DNA of 64,000 nucleotides. It comes from Malacoraja senta (Eukaryota). The notes under the pieces are model-generated. The model did not search any database and had not been told where the DNA came from. It saw only the letters and a list, made by a program, of their open reading frames with translations. Within the stretch, counting starts at the first letter, position 1. The number at the start of each line of letters is the position of its first letter. The DNA is taken from positions 6,946,001 to 7,010,000 of the forward strand of contig CM075993.1 of NCBI GenBank assembly GCA_038087875.1, given 5' to 3'. The translations under genes and the position numbers were made by a program. Below are positions 62,471-64,000 of the stretch, in pieces.

Positions 62471-64000
62471 TCTATATTACTAAAAGTCTGATCTAGACCA
62501 CTTACTGTTGTTCTGTATATTGATTTTAGAAAAAACACTGCCACTTACGGCTGTGATTTTTGGCCATCTTACTCAGAGTCCCCCTCCGCTGCGCAGGACA
62601 AGAGGATTTTTCCCATCGATGAAAAATAAAAGAGTTATTAATGTTTAAAAAATGTTGAGATTCTCTCTCCTGAAGGCCACGCCCCTTCCGGAGGGACTAT
62701 AAAACCCGGAAGTGTGGAGGTGCCTCAGTTCTCTGCAAGATGGGGGGAGCGAGAGGTCGCAATTCTCAGTCTGAGCTGTGAATAACACTGAACACATGTC
62801 TACTAAACTGTGACCTGTCAGTGTCCTTAATGTGGTTTGAAAATGAAGTTTGAAAATGCAAAAGTGTGTTTTGGTTTGAAAGTGCTAAAGCTGTGTTGCC
62901 TTTGGTTTTGAAAGTGCTAAAGCAAGCTGTGTTGCCTTTGGTTTTGAAAGTGTTAAAGCAAGCTCTGTTGCCTTTGGTTTTGAAAGTGCTAAAGCAAGCT
63001 GTGTTGCTTTTGGTTTTGAAAGTGCTACAGCAAGCTACCTTGCCTTTGGTTTTGAAAGTGCTAAAGCAAGCTGCCTTGCCTTTGGTTTTGAAAGTGCTAA
63101 AGCAAGCTGCCTTGCCTTTGGTTTTGAAAGTGCTAAAGCAAGCTGCCTTGCCTTTGGTTTTGAAAGCGAGCTGACTTGCTTTTGGTTTTGAAAGTACTAA
63201 AGCGAGCTGCCTTGCCTTTGGTTTTGAAATTGCTAAAGCGAGCTGCCTTGCCTTTGGTTTTGAAAGTGCTAAAGCTGCCTTGCCAAATTAGAGCTGCCTG
63301 GCCTAATTAGAGCTGCCTTGCCTTCTATATAATTAAACGTCTAATCTTGACCACTTGCGCATTATATTGATTTTAGTAAAAACGCTACCACGTATGGCTG
63401 TGATTTTTGTCCATCTTACTCAGAGTCCCCCTCCGCTGATCAAGTGCTAAGGATTTTTCCCATCGATGACGAATAAAAGAGTTATTAGTGTTTTAAAAAT
63501 GTTGAGATTCTCTCTCCTATCAATCACGCCATGAAGGCCACGCCCCTTCTGGTGGGAGGGGGGAGGGACTACAAAACCCGGAAGTGTGGACGTGAATCAG
63601 TCTCTGCAAGATGGGAGAGGTCACGACTCGCTGTCTTTAGTGGACTTGCACCCTGCTTGAAATGGTATGAAACTGCACTTGAATTTGGTGGCCTTGCACC
63701 CTGCTTGAAATGGAATTTCAAGGAATAGCCGTGAGTCAACTGCCAGCTCACCAGCCGTGAGTGAGTGAGTGAGCTGCCAGCACAACAGGCTTGAGTGACT
63801 GAGCCGCCAGCCCAAGAATCCATTCGGCCCACAATGTCCATACTAGCCCTCTGGAAACCAGTCCCTTCAGCGCACAACACCCATACTAGCGCTCCAGAAA
63901 ACCCCCCTCCCCACTGGCCACCAAAATTGGAATTGGTGGAGAGGTGGAATATTGCGTTGGGGGATCAGCCCTCCCATGTGATGCTGGGACCCAACGGGTC
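62471..64000 (+). mobile_element. Non-autonomous Helitron (3' end runs off the window)
   Basis: A|TCTATATTACTAAAAG 5' end; second 5'-like module at 63324; terminal hairpin GGGACCCAACGGGTC at the window end. Confidence 0.75.
62866..63283. repeat. 36-bp minisatellite (~11 units) inside Helitron
   Basis: Unit GCCTTGCCTTTGGTTTTGAAAGTGCTAAAGCAAGCT. Confidence 0.95.

Noticed and set aside
62866..63174. ORF with (VLPLVLKVLKQA)n amphipathic repeat, or CRISPR-like 36-bp repeats
   Set aside because: Contiguous tandem units with no spacers, no ATG start, inside a Helitron in vertebrate DNA.

Overview
Repeat-dense vertebrate non-coding DNA, most consistent with a cartilaginous fish (skate, ray or shark), inferred from HE1-like V-SINEs, abundant CR1 and Penelope-derived short repeats. 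No host protein-coding exon could be recognised. Main elements: a full-length L1 (49182-55471, minus strand; intact ORF1, ORF2 interrupted by one in-frame stop, 15-bp TSD), a full-length Tc1/DD34E transposon with one frameshift (8187-9805), many CR1, Rex1/Babar, L2, RTE-like and Penelope fragments, non-autonomous Helitrons (some head-to-tail), hAT and Harbinger MITEs, and a probable solo LTR. The most striking observation is a ~140-bp TSD-flanked retroposon family with five copies here. Its first 53 nt fold by eye into a complete minimal HDV-like self-cleaving ribozyme that starts at the element's 5' end, followed by a hairpin domain and an (AAG)n tail. A second short family carries a minimal hammerhead-like core and often forms inverted dimers. 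All ribozyme calls are manual structure readings and have not been tested.
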